DNA of 64,000 bases from Sedimentisphaerales bacterium (GCA_963663805.2 CAXXMR010000019.1:175131-239130); one strand, 5' to 3'. Shown: positions 29,860 through 40,860, counted from the stretch's first letter. Translations and numbers: made by a program. Notes: a model not told the origin generated them from the sequence alone.

Positions 29860-30867
29860 TTAGATGCCGGTTTGGGAGTTAATGATTTCAATAAACGTCA
29901 GCAGGTTTTCCAAAGGAACATCTTCTTCCACAGCGTGAGCCGGCGAAAACACATAGCCCCCTGGCATTCCAGCCTCGATAAGTTTGTGGGTATCAGCAGC
30001 GACGTCAGCGGTACTGCCAAACGGCAACGTTTTCTGAGTGCTAAGGCCGCCGTGGAAAGCAAGTCTGCCGCGATAACGCTCCAGCAACTCAAACACATCC
30101 ATAACTTCAGGCTGAAAAGGATTAAAACAATTCAGCCCGCAATCTATCAGACAGTCGAAAAGCTCATCAACATCACCGCAGGAGTGAATAAAAACATATT
30201 TGCCGGCCTCTCTGACGATACCGTACATCCGCCGCAACTGGGGCTCGATGAATTCATGCCATAACTTTGGACCCATCAGAAGACCGTGTTGCTGACCCCA
30301 GTCATCCCCAAAATATACAGCGTCGATGTCATATTCCAGGGCATGACGCACCTGGGCGATATTGTAGTCGGCGATAGCGGTAAAAAGCTCATGTACAAAA
30401 TCCGGGTTCTCATAAAAATCCATCATAAGATTTTCCATGCCGCGGAGCGTCCAGGCCCGCTCATAAAGACTAAAACCTATCGGGAAAATCCGAAATAAGT
30501 CCTTATTCGCAGCGATATTCTGCTCAATGTTCTCAAACAAACGACCATCAAGCGGATCGGGCATCTGAAAACCTTTAAGTGTCGGTTGGGGTAAAACCTG
30601 TCCTTCGATAACACCAATATCCTTGTCAGTTTCCCTGTTCCAGATTACCCCAAAAATATCGCGATAACGCTCATTGCCAACCGGCTCAAATAATCCCACA
30701 TAACTTTTGAGTCTGCAAAAATGATTATTAACAACATCATCGTATTCTTCTCGACCAAAATGCCGGGCTAACTTCTCATGAGCTTCCAGCGTAAAACTGC
30801 ACGACCAGGGCACATAGGGTACTTCCTCACCAGCCAGGGCCAGCTTTACAACATCACGTTTGAGCAT
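29860..30867 (-). CDS. Uroporphyrinogen decarboxylase-family (URO-D/CIMS-like) protein
   Basis: LRGMENLMMD, GDDWG, HSCG, FHGGLSTQ and PLEN. Start placed at MLKRD. Confidence 0.85.
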   Translation of the reverse strand: MLKRDVVKLALAGEEVPYVPWSCSFTLEAHEKLARHFGREEYDDVVNNHFCRLKSYVGLFEPVGNERYRDIFGVIWNRETDKDIGVIEGQVLPQPTLKGFQMPDPLDGRLFENIEQNIAANKDLFRIFPIGFSLYERAWTLRGMENLMMDFYENPDFVHELFTAIADYNIAQVRHALEYDIDAVYFGDDWGQQHGLLMGPKLWHEFIEPQLRRMYGIVREAGKYVFIHSCGDVDELFDCLIDCGLNCFNPFQPEVMDVFELLERYRGRLAFHGGLSTQKTLPFGSTADVAADTHKLIEAGMPGGYVFSPAHAVEEDVPLENLLTFIEIINSQTGI

Positions 30868-30967
30868 TTCAGGTTTTCCAAAACTAGCGTATTTACAAAA
30901 AAACCGGCCTCCGAATATCCGAATATCAGAGACCGGCTCGTTTTTGGCATTATTATCTAAGAAAAAC

Positions 30968-31282
30968 TTAGAAGCTGCGGTAACCGCCTCTGCCGCCACC
31001 ACCGCCGCCGCCCCGACCGCCGCGAGGACGATCTTCACGAGGGCGAGCCTCATTTACTTTGAGGCCGCGACCGTCCAGATCTTTGCCATTCAGGGCTTCA
31101 ATAGCCTGACTGGCATCGTCATCCGAAGCCATCTCAACAAAGCCGAAGCCTTTGCTGCGACCGGTTTCGCGGTCCATGATGACTTTGGCGCTGGTTACCT
31201 GACCAAATTCAGTGAAAAGTTGTTCCAGATCGGCGTCGGAAGTGCCATAACTCAGGTTCCCGACATAAATATTCTTGCCCAT
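30968..31282 (-). CDS. RRM RNA-binding protein with a Gly/Arg tail
   Basis: RNP2 IYVGNL, RNP1 KGFGFVEM and VNEARPR. Confidence 0.95.
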   Translation of the reverse strand: MGKNIYVGNLSYGTSDADLEQLFTEFGQVTSAKVIMDRETGRSKGFGFVEMASDDDASQAIEALNGKDLDGRGLKVNEARPREDRPRGGRGGGGGGGRGGYRSF

Positions 31283-31515
31283 ATCATATCTCCACAGTGC
31301 AAAAGGGCATTTGACCCACATTTCTCTTTCGGGGTCAGTTTCGAAAGGGTTCGCAGTAAACCATATGAATGCGCATTATATCGAGAATTATATAATTTCC
31401 ATAATATTCTTTTTGATTTTTTGTTTCGCATAGGAAAAAAACTTTACAGACCGGTTTTTTGTGTGCATAACTCTTGTAATTAAAAAAAGTTGTATTCCCA
31501 GGGAAGAGCAAAAAA

Positions 31516-32910
31516 ATGCCGAAATCAAGCCCACCAGTGCAAGTTCGCCTCAGAATCGAACCCTGGCCGGAGCTTATCCCGTTAGAGACTATTCTGGCCC
31601 GGCTGGAGATTCGCCCAAGACCTTTCGTCCTGGGCGACTTCACGGGCAGGCAGGGACGCTTTAGCCTTTTTTCTCCCCGCGCCGAGGAAATTTTTGAATT
31701 CAACAATAACACCGGCCCCAACCCGCTGCATTTACTCGATGAACTTTTGGCCCGCTATAAACTGACAGAACCTATCGAGGGGGATTGGCCCTTCATGGCC
31801 GGCTGGGTCGGCTGGTTCAGCTACGACCTGGGGCGTTATATCGAAACGCTTCCAGATGACGTGAACCATGACATCAAGCTGCCTTTGATAAATCTCGGCT
31901 TTTACGATTACGCCGCAATTTGGGACCATCAGACTGACCGCGGAATACTGACGGCCCTGGAATATCAGGGACAAAGCTCCACCGCCCCGCAAAGACTGGC
32001 CCAACTGCGAACGTTTATCGAACCAGAACCCAATCCACCCTGCCGGCACCGACAGGCACCCCCTCTGAATCCTGACCTGGAAGCACCATTAATCGCCATG
32101 CAACGAAATATTCATCCTGACGACTACCTGAAAAAGGTTACGCGGGCACGTGAATATATTCACGCTGGTGATATTTTCGAGGTCAATCTCTCCCAGCGTT
32201 TCACCTTTCCTTACCACAAATCCGCTACCGAACTTTACCTCAAACTATGTGAGCGGAACCCCGCCGCTTATGCCGCTTTGACAGGCGATGACCATCAGGC
32301 GGTAGTTAGTGCTTCGCCGGAGCTTTTCCTGCGTAAACGCGGCCGGGAAATCATTACCCGCCCCATTAAAGGCACCGCCAGACGCGGCACTAATGCCCAG
32401 ACAGACCAACAGAACCGAGAAGCCCTGGAAAATTCCGAAAAAGAACAGGCCGAACTGAATATGATTATCGACCTCGAACGAAACGACCTCGGCCGTATCT
32501 GCGAATATGGAAGCGTCAAAGTTCGCCAGATTCGCGAAATAGAGGCCCATCCCACCGTTTTCCACGCCGTATCAACGATCGTCGGCACCTTAAACGATAA
32601 TATTACCGTAGGGCAAATTCTACGGGCAACCTTCCCCGGCGGCTCGATTACAGGCGCACCCAAAATCAGGGCTATGGAAATCATCGACGAACTCGAACCA
32701 ACAGCCCGCAGCGTTTATACCGGCAGTATCGGCTGGATCGGAATTAACGGAGACTTGGAGTTGAATATCGCCATCAGAACGATTATCCTTGAGGATGGAT
32801 GGGCATATGTCCAGGCCGGCGGTGCAATCGTTGCCGACAGCGACCCGCAAAATGAATATGAAGAAACGCTCGCTAAGGCCCAGGCCCTGGCAGAAGTGCT
32901 CATAACCTGA
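31516..32910 (+). CDS. pabB: Aminodeoxychorismate synthase component I
   Basis: GDIFEVNLSQ, SASPELF, TRPIKGT, DLERNDL and FPGGSITGAPKIRAM. Confidence 0.88.
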   Translation: MPKSSPPVQVRLRIEPWPELIPLETILARLEIRPRPFVLGDFTGRQGRFSLFSPRAEEIFEFNNNTGPNPLHLLDELLARYKLTEPIEGDWPFMAGWVGWFSYDLGRYIETLPDDVNHDIKLPLINLGFYDYAAIWDHQTDRGILTALEYQGQSSTAPQRLAQLRTFIEPEPNPPCRHRQAPPLNPDLEAPLIAMQRNIHPDDYLKKVTRAREYIHAGDIFEVNLSQRFTFPYHKSATELYLKLCERNPAAYAALTGDDHQAVVSASPELFLRKRGREIITRPIKGTARRGTNAQTDQQNREALENSEKEQAELNMIIDLERNDLGRICEYGSVKVRQIREIEAHPTVFHAVSTIVGTLNDNITVGQILRATFPGGSITGAPKIRAMEIIDELEPTARSVYTGSIGWIGINGDLELNIAIRTIILEDGWAYVQAGGAIVADSDPQNEYEETLAKAQALAEVLIT

Positions 32911-32913
32911 AAG

Positions 32914-33792
32914 ATGAGATTGAATATGGAACAGGTTTACCTCAATAACCAGATTACCCCAGCCGAAAAAGCATCCATCAGCATCCACGACACCGGAATC
33001 CTGCATGGCGTAGGTCTTTTTGAAACCATGCGCAGCTACAGCGGAAAAGTCTTCCGCCTCAGGGACCATCTCGACAGGCTTTTCTATTCCGCCGAAAAAC
33101 TCGACATCGCCATAACCCAGCCCCGAACCGAAATCGAACAAGCCACAGAAAAACTGCTTCAGGCCAACAACCTCAAAGACGCCAGAATCAGACTGACCCT
33201 AACCCGCGGCAATATACGGCAACTGCTCGAAGATGAAAACGACCAACCCCAAAGCACCCTTTTCATCACCGCCTCAGCCCTGACCGCCTACCCCGAAGAA
33301 TACTATAAAAACGGTATACTCACCGTGCTTGCCAACTATAAACAAAACCCCAACGACCCGCTCACAGGACATAAAACCATAAATTATTTCAACCGACTGA
33401 TAGCCTTGCACGAAGCCCGCAAAAAAAACGCCGGCGAAGCACTCTGGTTCACCCCCGCCAACCGACTCGCCGAAGCCTGCATGAGCAACGTATTCCTGGT
33501 CGTTGATGATAAACTAGTGACACCAAAACTAGACACCCCCGTCCTGCCCGGAATCACCCGGCAGGCAGTTATCCAACTGGCCGAAAAAGAAGGACTCGAA
33601 GTACAGCAGCGCGAAGTGCTCGTCAATGATATCATGTCAGCCTCGGAAATGTTACTCACCAACAGCATCATGGAAATCATGCCGGCCAAACAGTTCGAAG
33701 CACACGTAATCGGCACTGGAACACCCGGCGAAATATTCAAACTCCTAAGCGAAAAATACCGACAGGCAGTCGCCCGGGAATGCTTCGAATAA
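32914..33792 (+). CDS. Class IV aminotransferase / aminodeoxychorismate lyase (PabC-like)
   Basis: HGVGLFETMR, HLDRL, HKT and LPGITR; adjacent to pabB. Confidence 0.85.
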   Translation: MRLNMEQVYLNNQITPAEKASISIHDTGILHGVGLFETMRSYSGKVFRLRDHLDRLFYSAEKLDIAITQPRTEIEQATEKLLQANNLKDARIRLTLTRGNIRQLLEDENDQPQSTLFITASALTAYPEEYYKNGILTVLANYKQNPNDPLTGHKTINYFNRLIALHEARKKNAGEALWFTPANRLAEACMSNVFLVVDDKLVTPKLDTPVLPGITRQAVIQLAEKEGLEVQQREVLVNDIMSASEMLLTNSIMEIMPAKQFEAHVIGTGTPGEIFKLLSEKYRQAVARECFE

Positions 33793-33811
33793 ACAATGGA
33801 AAGATAACCAG

Positions 33812-34931
33812 ATGAAACTAGAAAAACTATTGGTGGAACTAAATAACATCGCTCCCCTGGACCTCGCCGAAGATTGGGATAATGTCGGACTGCTCGCCGG
33901 AGACCCCCAACAGCAAATCAAATCCATCATGCTGACCATCGACATGACCCCCAAAGTCTTCGCTGAAGCTCGCCGCAAAAAAGTAGATATGATTCTCGCT
34001 TACCACCCGCCGATTTTCGAACCGCTCAAAAAAATCGTCGCTAACCAACCCCCCGCACCTCTGCTCTACGAAGCAATCCGATCAGGACTCGCGATTTACT
34101 CGATGCACACCGCCCTTGATTCCGTCCGCCCCGGCGTAAATGACGCCCTCGCAGAAATCGTCGGCATCACCAACCCGCAAGTGCTGGTCGAACCCAAAAC
34201 CCAACCCGACAAAATGTGCAAACTCGTAGTATTCGTCCCCACCACCGATCTGGAAAAAGTCAGCGCAGCGATCTTCGCCGCCGGAGCCGGCAAGTTCGGC
34301 ACCGGACCATATTCCAAATGCAGCTTCCGCACTCCCGGCACAGGAACTTTCCACTGCGGCACCGGCAGCAACCCCACCATCGGCAAGACCGGCCACTTCG
34401 AACAGGCCGAAGAACTAAGACTCGAAACCATCCTGCCCACAAATAAATTGCCCGAAGTTATAAAAGCACTCACCGCCGCCCACAGCTACGAAGAACCCCG
34501 CCTACGACATCTACCCCTTGCTCTCACCACCTGCCGACACCGGCCTGGGACGTTTCGGCAACCTGGAAAAACCAGTGGCACTCAAAGAAATGTTCGCCCG
34601 CATCCGCCAACGCCTCAATACCAAAACACTCGGCATCATCGGCCCGCGTACCGGCAAAATCAAACGACCCGCCGTCTGCGCCGGTTCCTGCGGCACCATC
34701 TTCCGCGAAGTCATCCGCCGCGGCTGCGACTTCTACCTCACCGGCGAACTCAAACACCATCACGCCCTCGAACTCCAAAACGCCGACATAACCACCGTCT
34801 GCGTCAGCCACTCAATCTCCGAACGACACATACTAAAAAATATCGCCCAACGCCTCACCAAAACCGCACCTGGATTGAGATGCCTGCTCAGTCGAGACGA
34901 CCGCGACCCCTTCACCTGGATAGTCGAATGA
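33812..34931 (+). pseudogene. Nif3-like dinuclear metal protein (YqfO type) with an apparent +1 frameshift; may be a sequencing error
   Basis: LAEDWDNVGL, YHPPIF, HTALD and AHSYEEP. Removing one C at 34496-34499 restores AYDIYPL...GLGRFG...TGELKHH...HSISE. Confidence 0.8.
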
Positions 34932-35866
34932 AAAACACCCCTATAAAAATCCTGTTCATCCTAGCAAGCATCCTTATATCCGGATGTTCCCAACCCGAAC
35001 CCGCCGCCAGCACCACCTTACACAACACCACCCCGGATTATATCGCCCAGGTCAACGGCCAACCTATCACTCGCACAGCACTCGACCAGCTCATCCTGCC
35101 CGGCAAAGGCAAAACCGCACTGGAAGAACTAATCCAGCTCGAAGCCGTCCGACAGGAAGCCCAAAAACAGGCGCAAAATTACACCGACAAAGATTTGATT
35201 CAACAAGAATTCGACTTAATGCTCCAGGACATGGCCCCCGACAAAGACCGCACCGACCAGATGGCCCTATTTAGATACATGCTCAAAAGCCGTCAACTCA
35301 CCCCTGCCGAATTTGATGTAATCTTATTGCGCCGAGGCCTGCTCCGAAAATTGATAGACCCCAACGTCGAAATCACCGACGACCAGCTGCAAACCGAATA
35401 TGAAAAACAATACGGCCCCAAAGTCATTATCCGCCAGATAATCTCATCGTCGCTCAAAAATATCGAGTCTGCAAAACGGATGCTCGATCGCGGCGATGAT
35501 TTCACTCAGGTAGCAGTTACCATGTCGCAGGACCAACGCAGCGTAGAAAAAGGTGGACGGCTCGGCCCATTCTCCAAAGTCGATACCGAAATCCCCGAAA
35601 CCATCCGTCAAACCGCCTTCAACCTGACCAAACAGGGACAGAAAAGCACGCTGATTCACTTCCTGGACAACCATCAGCAGGAATGGTGGGCTATAATCCA
35701 ACTGGAAAAAAAAATCCCCGCCGACCCAATAGATTTCGATACCGTAAAAAATAAATTGAACGAACAGATAACCACCCGCACCATAAACGAACGAATGATA
35801 AATAAAATGAAACTATTACGCCACCAGGCCCAAACCGTTATCTTCCATCCATTACTAAAAAATTAA
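34928..35866 (+). CDS. PpiC/parvulin-type foldase (PrsA/SurA-like), probable lipoprotein
   Basis: MKNTPIK...LISGC lipobox, IAQVNGQPIT and DFTQVAVTMSQD...GGRLG. ATGA overlap with the nif3 stop. Confidence 0.8.
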   Translation: MKNTPIKILFILASILISGCSQPEPAASTTLHNTTPDYIAQVNGQPITRTALDQLILPGKGKTALEELIQLEAVRQEAQKQAQNYTDKDLIQQEFDLMLQDMAPDKDRTDQMALFRYMLKSRQLTPAEFDVILLRRGLLRKLIDPNVEITDDQLQTEYEKQYGPKVIIRQIISSSLKNIESAKRMLDRGDDFTQVAVTMSQDQRSVEKGGRLGPFSKVDTEIPETIRQTAFNLTKQGQKSTLIHFLDNHQQEWWAIIQLEKKIPADPIDFDTVKNKLNEQITTRTINERMINKMKLLRHQAQTVIFHPLLKN

Positions 35867-35958
35867 GTAACCGTTCCTATTTTTTACAAAAAGACCCCGA
35901 AGGGGCGAAAGAAAATTAATTGCCGTTAAAAACCCAAGTAATCCGTGGTTAAATATTT
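35866..35958 (+). repeat. Intergenic mosaic repeat M4
   Basis: 30-bp unit shared with M1, then TGCCGTT, then GTAATCCGTGGTTAAA as in M7 and M10. Confidence 0.8.
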
Positions 35959-37269
35959 ATGAGTTTGCTTTTCAAATCACTGGCCGAACGAGACTTTGTT
36001 GGCGGAATCTATCTGCCGGCCCTGGGCGATTTGCCGCCCGTAGACAAAATAGAATCTTTCGATTATCAGGGCGAACTGCTCCTGCCGCTCCGTCCCGCCG
36101 AATGTCCACCCATGGAACTAACCGTCGAACCAGGCCAACGCATACACCAAGGCCAACTCCTTGCCCAAAGCCCTGCGGGCCATCGCCTCTTCGCGCCTCA
36201 CGCCGGACTCGTAGGCGACATTTCAAAAGCAACCGTACACGGCCGTGCCGGCCAACCGGTGCTAATGCTAATCCCCAACAGCGACACCGATGAAAACGCC
36301 AGCCAAATCACACCAGAACTCCTCCTCCGCGGCGGAATCCAGCGAACCCTCGAACAAGCCGGCATTATGCTCGACACCGGAGAATCTATCAGCCGCTGGT
36401 ACGACAGAACCAAACCCCACAAGCTCGCCGCCGTAGTCGCCAACGCCACCCCTCTGGAACCTATGTTCAACACCCCCCTGGCAATCATGCACAGTTACAA
36501 CGCCGAAGTATTCACCGGCCTGGCAATCCTCAAAAAATGGTTTCAGGCTCAGGAAGCATACCTCACCTACCCCGAACATTTCAACCTCAACACCGAAGCC
36601 GCCGCCCAGTGGGAAGTCGAATGCCTACCCGTCAGCGAAAAATACCCTCAGGGACGAGGCGACATGGTACTCCGCACACTCCAACGCCAACGAGTATTAG
36701 ACAGAAAACGCCACCCCGAAGGAGCCGTACAGGTCTTCGGCGTCCAGCTCCTCCGACAGATAACCCAGATACTACTCCACGCCCAGTTGCCGACCCATCG
36801 CATCGTCACCATCTGCGGAGACGGAATACGCCAGCCCCGCCACTTCGAAGTACCCATCGGCACTCCGCTTGCCGCACTGCTCGAACAAGCCGGCCTCTAC
36901 ACCAACGTAGATTGCATCGTCGAAGGAGCCATGATCCTCGGCACCGCTATCGACGCCGCTCAGTCAGTAATCGGCCCCCGCTGCGACGGATGCACCGTCA
37001 TCAAACAGGTCCCCCAACGCTGCCCCACCTGCTGCATGAAATGCGGATGGTGCATCGACGATTGCCCGGCCCGAATAAACCCCGCTCAACTCTACGAAAG
37101 CTGGCAGCAGAACCGCGTCAAGCCCCAAATGAAAAACATGCTCGACCGCTGCATCGAATGCGGCGTATGCTCCTACCTCTGCCCCTGCAACCTGCCCATC
37201 CTAAGTGCCATCCGCACAATGAAAAAAACGCTCGGCCTGGGCCAAATCAATTGCGAGGCCAAAACCTGA
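35959..37269 (+). CDS. Divergent RnfC/RsxC-like protein with two [4Fe-4S] motifs
   Basis: V.PGQ...GQLLA, KYPQG, VPIGTP, CMKCGWCIDDCP and CIECGVCSYLCP. Confidence 0.8.
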   Translation: MSLLFKSLAERDFVGGIYLPALGDLPPVDKIESFDYQGELLLPLRPAECPPMELTVEPGQRIHQGQLLAQSPAGHRLFAPHAGLVGDISKATVHGRAGQPVLMLIPNSDTDENASQITPELLLRGGIQRTLEQAGIMLDTGESISRWYDRTKPHKLAAVVANATPLEPMFNTPLAIMHSYNAEVFTGLAILKKWFQAQEAYLTYPEHFNLNTEAAAQWEVECLPVSEKYPQGRGDMVLRTLQRQRVLDRKRHPEGAVQVFGVQLLRQITQILLHAQLPTHRIVTICGDGIRQPRHFEVPIGTPLAALLEQAGLYTNVDCIVEGAMILGTAIDAAQSVIGPRCDGCTVIKQVPQRCPTCCMKCGWCIDDCPARINPAQLYESWQQNRVKPQMKNMLDRCIECGVCSYLCPCNLPILSAIRTMKKTLGLGQINCEAKT

Positions 37270-38409
37270 TGACAGAACAATTACAATTACGTTGTGGAAT
37301 CGCCCCGCCCTTCCAGGTCGTACCCGAAACCTCACGCCGCATAATACGCACCAGCATGATCGCCCTGGCACTACCTGCCTGCGCCGCCCTGATGTTCTTT
37401 GGATGGCGGGCATTGGTGCTGATGTTCGTCGGCACAACCTCGGCTCTGCTCTGCGACTGCATCATCAGAAAACGCCGCCAAAGAACTGTACACGGCACCA
37501 CCACCCACAGCGCCATGATGGGACTGCTAACCGCTTTTATGCTCCCCGCCAACGCCCCTTGGTATATCGCCGTTTTTGCCGCTGCCGCTGCCGTACTGCT
37601 CGGAAAATATCTCTGGGGAGGAATGGGCCGTTACGCCTGGCATCCCGCCGTAGTGGGAAAGACTCCTCGTACAACTCATTTTCCCCGACACCCTCTGCGG
37701 TGATTGTGGCCCTCTGCTCAGCAAAGCCCACGCCTTCACCGCAGACATCAACGCCAAAACCCAAACCCTCAGCTCACCCGACCTGCACTGGCTCCAAACC
37801 CTGACCGACAGCGACCACGTAGGCTTCTGGCTCGAAAAACCACTCACCGCCTTTCGCAATTTCGGCCAAATCAATTTCCTCGACAACAAACCCCAGATCG
37901 CCGACTACATCTACGGCCATTTCCCCCCCATATTCGAAAGCATTATCGGGGCTGTACCCGGCGGACTCGGAGAATCCTCAGCGATTATGCTTTTGCTTGT
38001 CGGAGTATTCATGGTCTACAGAGGCTACCTGAAATGGCGTATGCCCGCCGCATATATCCTCGCCGCTGCAATCACCGCCGCCCTGCTGCCCATACTCTGT
38101 AAAGCCGACGACCAAACCTTCAAAATCATACTCTGGCCCCTCTGGGCAGAAGACGCGCTAACCGGCCTGACCTACGTCAACATCCACATCCTCAACGGGG
38201 GAATCCTGCTGACTGCCTGCCTGCTATTCGTCGATATGACCGCACGCCCCCTACACCCCAGAGGACAAATCTACTTCGCCGCCGGAGCCGGAGCATTAAC
38301 CATAGTACTAAGACTATACACCAAAATCCCCACCCCAGAATACGCCGCACTTTTCATCATAGGTTCACTGCTGCCCCTGATAGACCGAACCATCCGGGCC
38401 GGCAGATAG
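37269..38409 (+). pseudogene. Divergent RnfD/RsxD-like membrane protein with an apparent +1 frameshift
   Basis: ALALPAC...FFGWRAL and GKYLWGGMG...HPAVVG. Removing one A at 37658-37660 gives RLLVQL...GAVPGGLGESS, continuing into ORF 37987-38409. Confidence 0.78.
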
Positions 38410-38469
38410 AAAAACACCTTGCCATCGGCGTTCGACCACCAACCACAAGATAAATGCAAATCACCAACA

Positions 38470-38600
38470 AAAACTGAGCCACGTAAGTCCCCGGTTTGTA
38501 GCAAAAAATAACTCCTGCCGAGGGAACCCGCCCCGCCGTTAATCATTCAAACTTCAACCAAAGGCCGAAACCAGGCCGTGTCACTCATGCCTCTTGCCTA
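38470..38600 (+). repeat. Intergenic mosaic repeat M5
   Basis: GCCGTT, then TCAACC AAA GGCCGA-AACCAG-GCCGTG, then TGCCTCT heptamers. Confidence 0.75.
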
Positions 38601-39302
38601 ATGTTTGTCTTTAGCCAAAGCCTTATCAAGTACTGGCCGAACTACCTCGGTCCAGCGTTCGTAACCTTTTTGGCTCAGATGCAGTTTGTCCTCTTTGAAA
38701 TATTCATCGTTTGGTTTGCCGTCCGCGCCCAGCAGACAGCTGGCGCCATCGGCAAAGTAAAGCATTTCATTCTGCCCGCAATATTTCTGAATCAAATCAT
38801 TGGCCCGCGCCATCTCCAGCCATAGATTCCAGCGGGCGCCGCTGGGTTTGATCGTCAGATAAATGATTTTAGTCTCCGGCAGCTCCGCCCGCACCTGGCC
38901 TACGAATTCCTGAAAATCCGCCAGTACGCGTTCAGCCTTCTTGTTGCACGCGACATCATTGTCGCCGCAATAGAAAACGATAACCGAAGGTTTGTATTTC
39001 AGCACCACCCGGTCCATAAAATAAAGCATATCACAAATTTGGGCTCCGCCGAATCCGCGGTTAATCACCGGCAAGTTGCTGAACCATTCGCGTGAATTCC
39101 ACATCCTGATACTGCTGCTGCCCGCGAACAGTACTGCGTCTTTGGGCCAGGCGTTCTTGGCGTCCCACGCTTCGAAGGCCCGAATCTCATTCTCAAATTT
39201 ATTTTCAGATTTCACTTCCGCTTCCTCGCCCCACGCCCACGATACCAGCGTCACCGTCATAACCGCGATTATCAAACTTGCCATTTTTTTCATTGTTCGC
39301 AC
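38598..39302 (-). CDS. Secreted SGNH/GDSL hydrolase
   Basis: Signal peptide, FAGSSS, NRGFGG, GDND and DKLHL. Confidence 0.9.
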   Translation of the reverse strand: MRTMKKMASLIIAVMTVTLVSWAWGEEAEVKSENKFENEIRAFEAWDAKNAWPKDAVLFAGSSSIRMWNSREWFSNLPVINRGFGGAQICDMLYFMDRVVLKYKPSVIVFYCGDNDVACNKKAERVLADFQEFVGQVRAELPETKIIYLTIKPSGARWNLWLEMARANDLIQKYCGQNEMLYFADGASCLLGADGKPNDEYFKEDKLHLSQKGYERWTEVVRPVLDKALAKDKH

Positions 39303-39307
39303 CTCTT

Positions 39308-39757
39308 TCAGAATAATTTTGAACTGTCCAGCATAAACGTAACCGGCCCATCATTAACACTGCTCACTTCCATATGTGCTCCGAATTTACCCATCGCAAC
39401 TTCCACCCCTTGTTTCCGAATATATGCAGCCATCTGTTCATAAAGCTCCTCGGCCTTGCCCGGCTCACCGGCTGCATCAAAGCCTGGCCGCCGGCCTTTC
39501 CGGCAGTCGCCGTAAAGCGTAAACTGGCTTACCAGCAAAACCGCCCCGCCTGATTCGCCGAGGGCCAAATTCATTTTGCCGTCGGCGTCCTCGAATATCC
39601 GTAAATTCACCAGCTTATCAGCGATAAACTTCAGCTCCGCCTCGCCGTCATCATGGCCCACCCCCAGATAAACCAGCAACCCCTTGCCGATACTGCCCGT
39701 GACTTTGCCGGCAACTATCACCTTAGCTTCCAAAACCCGCTGTATCACCACTCGCAT
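39308..39757 (-). CDS. dtd: D-aminoacyl-tRNA deacylase
   Basis: MRVVIQRV, LRIFED, SQFTL and NDGPVT. Confidence 0.96.
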   Translation of the reverse strand: MRVVIQRVLEAKVIVAGKVTGSIGKGLLVYLGVGHDDGEAELKFIADKLVNLRIFEDADGKMNLALGESGGAVLLVSQFTLYGDCRKGRRPGFDAAGEPGKAEELYEQMAAYIRKQGVEVAMGKFGAHMEVSSVNDGPVTFMLDSSKLF

Positions 39758-39877
39758 AATCTAACCATAAACTATTAAACAAGTTACAGCCCAGAACCAC
39801 GCGGCGAAATAACCTGCCCGACTCTAGTCCCTACTCGTCATTTCTCATTAGCGATACTATCTTAACTGATAAAATTT

Positions 39878-40849
39878 TTACCGCCCAGCATAAATATTAA
39901 CCATTTTCATCGCCATCCCCGCCACCCGCTCCCGCAGTTCCGGCGGCTCCACCACCTCCACCTTATCCCCGTAGCCCAGTACCCACCAGCTCATCTCATT
40001 TATCCCATCCACCCGCACCGCGTAGGTAATCGAACCATCCTCATGCCATTGTATCTTCTGGTTCTTATGCCACAAAACTTCCGCCACATTCGCCGCTACC
40101 AACGGGTCGAATCGCAGCTTCACATCGTAAACCTTCCCCTCCGGTATCAGCGACCAGGCGTCCCCGATAAATTTTGCCATCGAGAAATCCTTGTCTTCTT
40201 CGAAAAACTCGTTGGTCACCTCCAGATTTTTAATCCGCCCCAGCTTGAATATCCGCACCGCCTCATGCAGCGACGAATATCCCACCACATACCACGCCCG
40301 GTTCGCAAAATGCAAATGGTAAGGCCGCAGCGTCAGCTTGATTTGTTTATGTTCCAGAAAAGCGATGTACGTCAGTTTTACCTTGCACCTTCGCCTTGTC
40401 GCTGATTGCAGTATCGAGAATGTTTTGGTCAACCCCTCATGCTTAGCCCGGGCCGGCATCTCCACCGACGTCTTTCGCAATATCGAACCGCAATGCTGCT
40501 GAACGTGACGCGGCAGAACACTTTCGATTTTTAACGCCGCTTCCCGCGCCTGATTCTGCAAGGGCAGTCCGCACCCGTCCGTGTGACTCTGCGTAACCAG
40601 CAGCAGTGCCAACGCTTCAGAAAGTGTCAGATTTACCGGCTGCAGGAAAAAGCTTTCATCCATCCGATACCCGCCCTTTTCGTCGTCATGAAAATAAGGC
40701 AGCCCCGCCTCCCGCAGCATATTTAAATCCCGAAAAATCGTCCGCCGACTAATCCCCAACTGCCCCGCCAACTCGTCTGGACTATAATAACGTCCCGTCT
40801 GCAATATCGTCACTAACTGTAATATCCGCTGCAAACGAGAAATCTTCAT
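39878..40849 (-). CDS. HTH-WYL-WCX transcriptional regulator (PafB/YafY-like)
   Basis: SRRTIFRDL HTH, WYVVG, RIFKLGRI and WVLGYGDKVEVVEP. Confidence 0.9.
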   Translation of the reverse strand: MKISRLQRILQLVTILQTGRYYSPDELAGQLGISRRTIFRDLNMLREAGLPYFHDDEKGGYRMDESFFLQPVNLTLSEALALLLVTQSHTDGCGLPLQNQAREAALKIESVLPRHVQQHCGSILRKTSVEMPARAKHEGLTKTFSILQSATRRRCKVKLTYIAFLEHKQIKLTLRPYHLHFANRAWYVVGYSSLHEAVRIFKLGRIKNLEVTNEFFEEDKDFSMAKFIGDAWSLIPEGKVYDVKLRFDPLVAANVAEVLWHKNQKIQWHEDGSITYAVRVDGINEMSWWVLGYGDKVEVVEPPELRERVAGMAMKMVNIYAGR

Positions 40850-40860
40850 CGCTGCTCCTG

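Noticed and set aside
33812..35866. 684-aa Nif3-PpiC fusion ORF
   Set aside because: The middle section is out-of-frame, Arg/Pro-rich translation caused by one extra C. Two separate genes with an ATGA overlap explain it.
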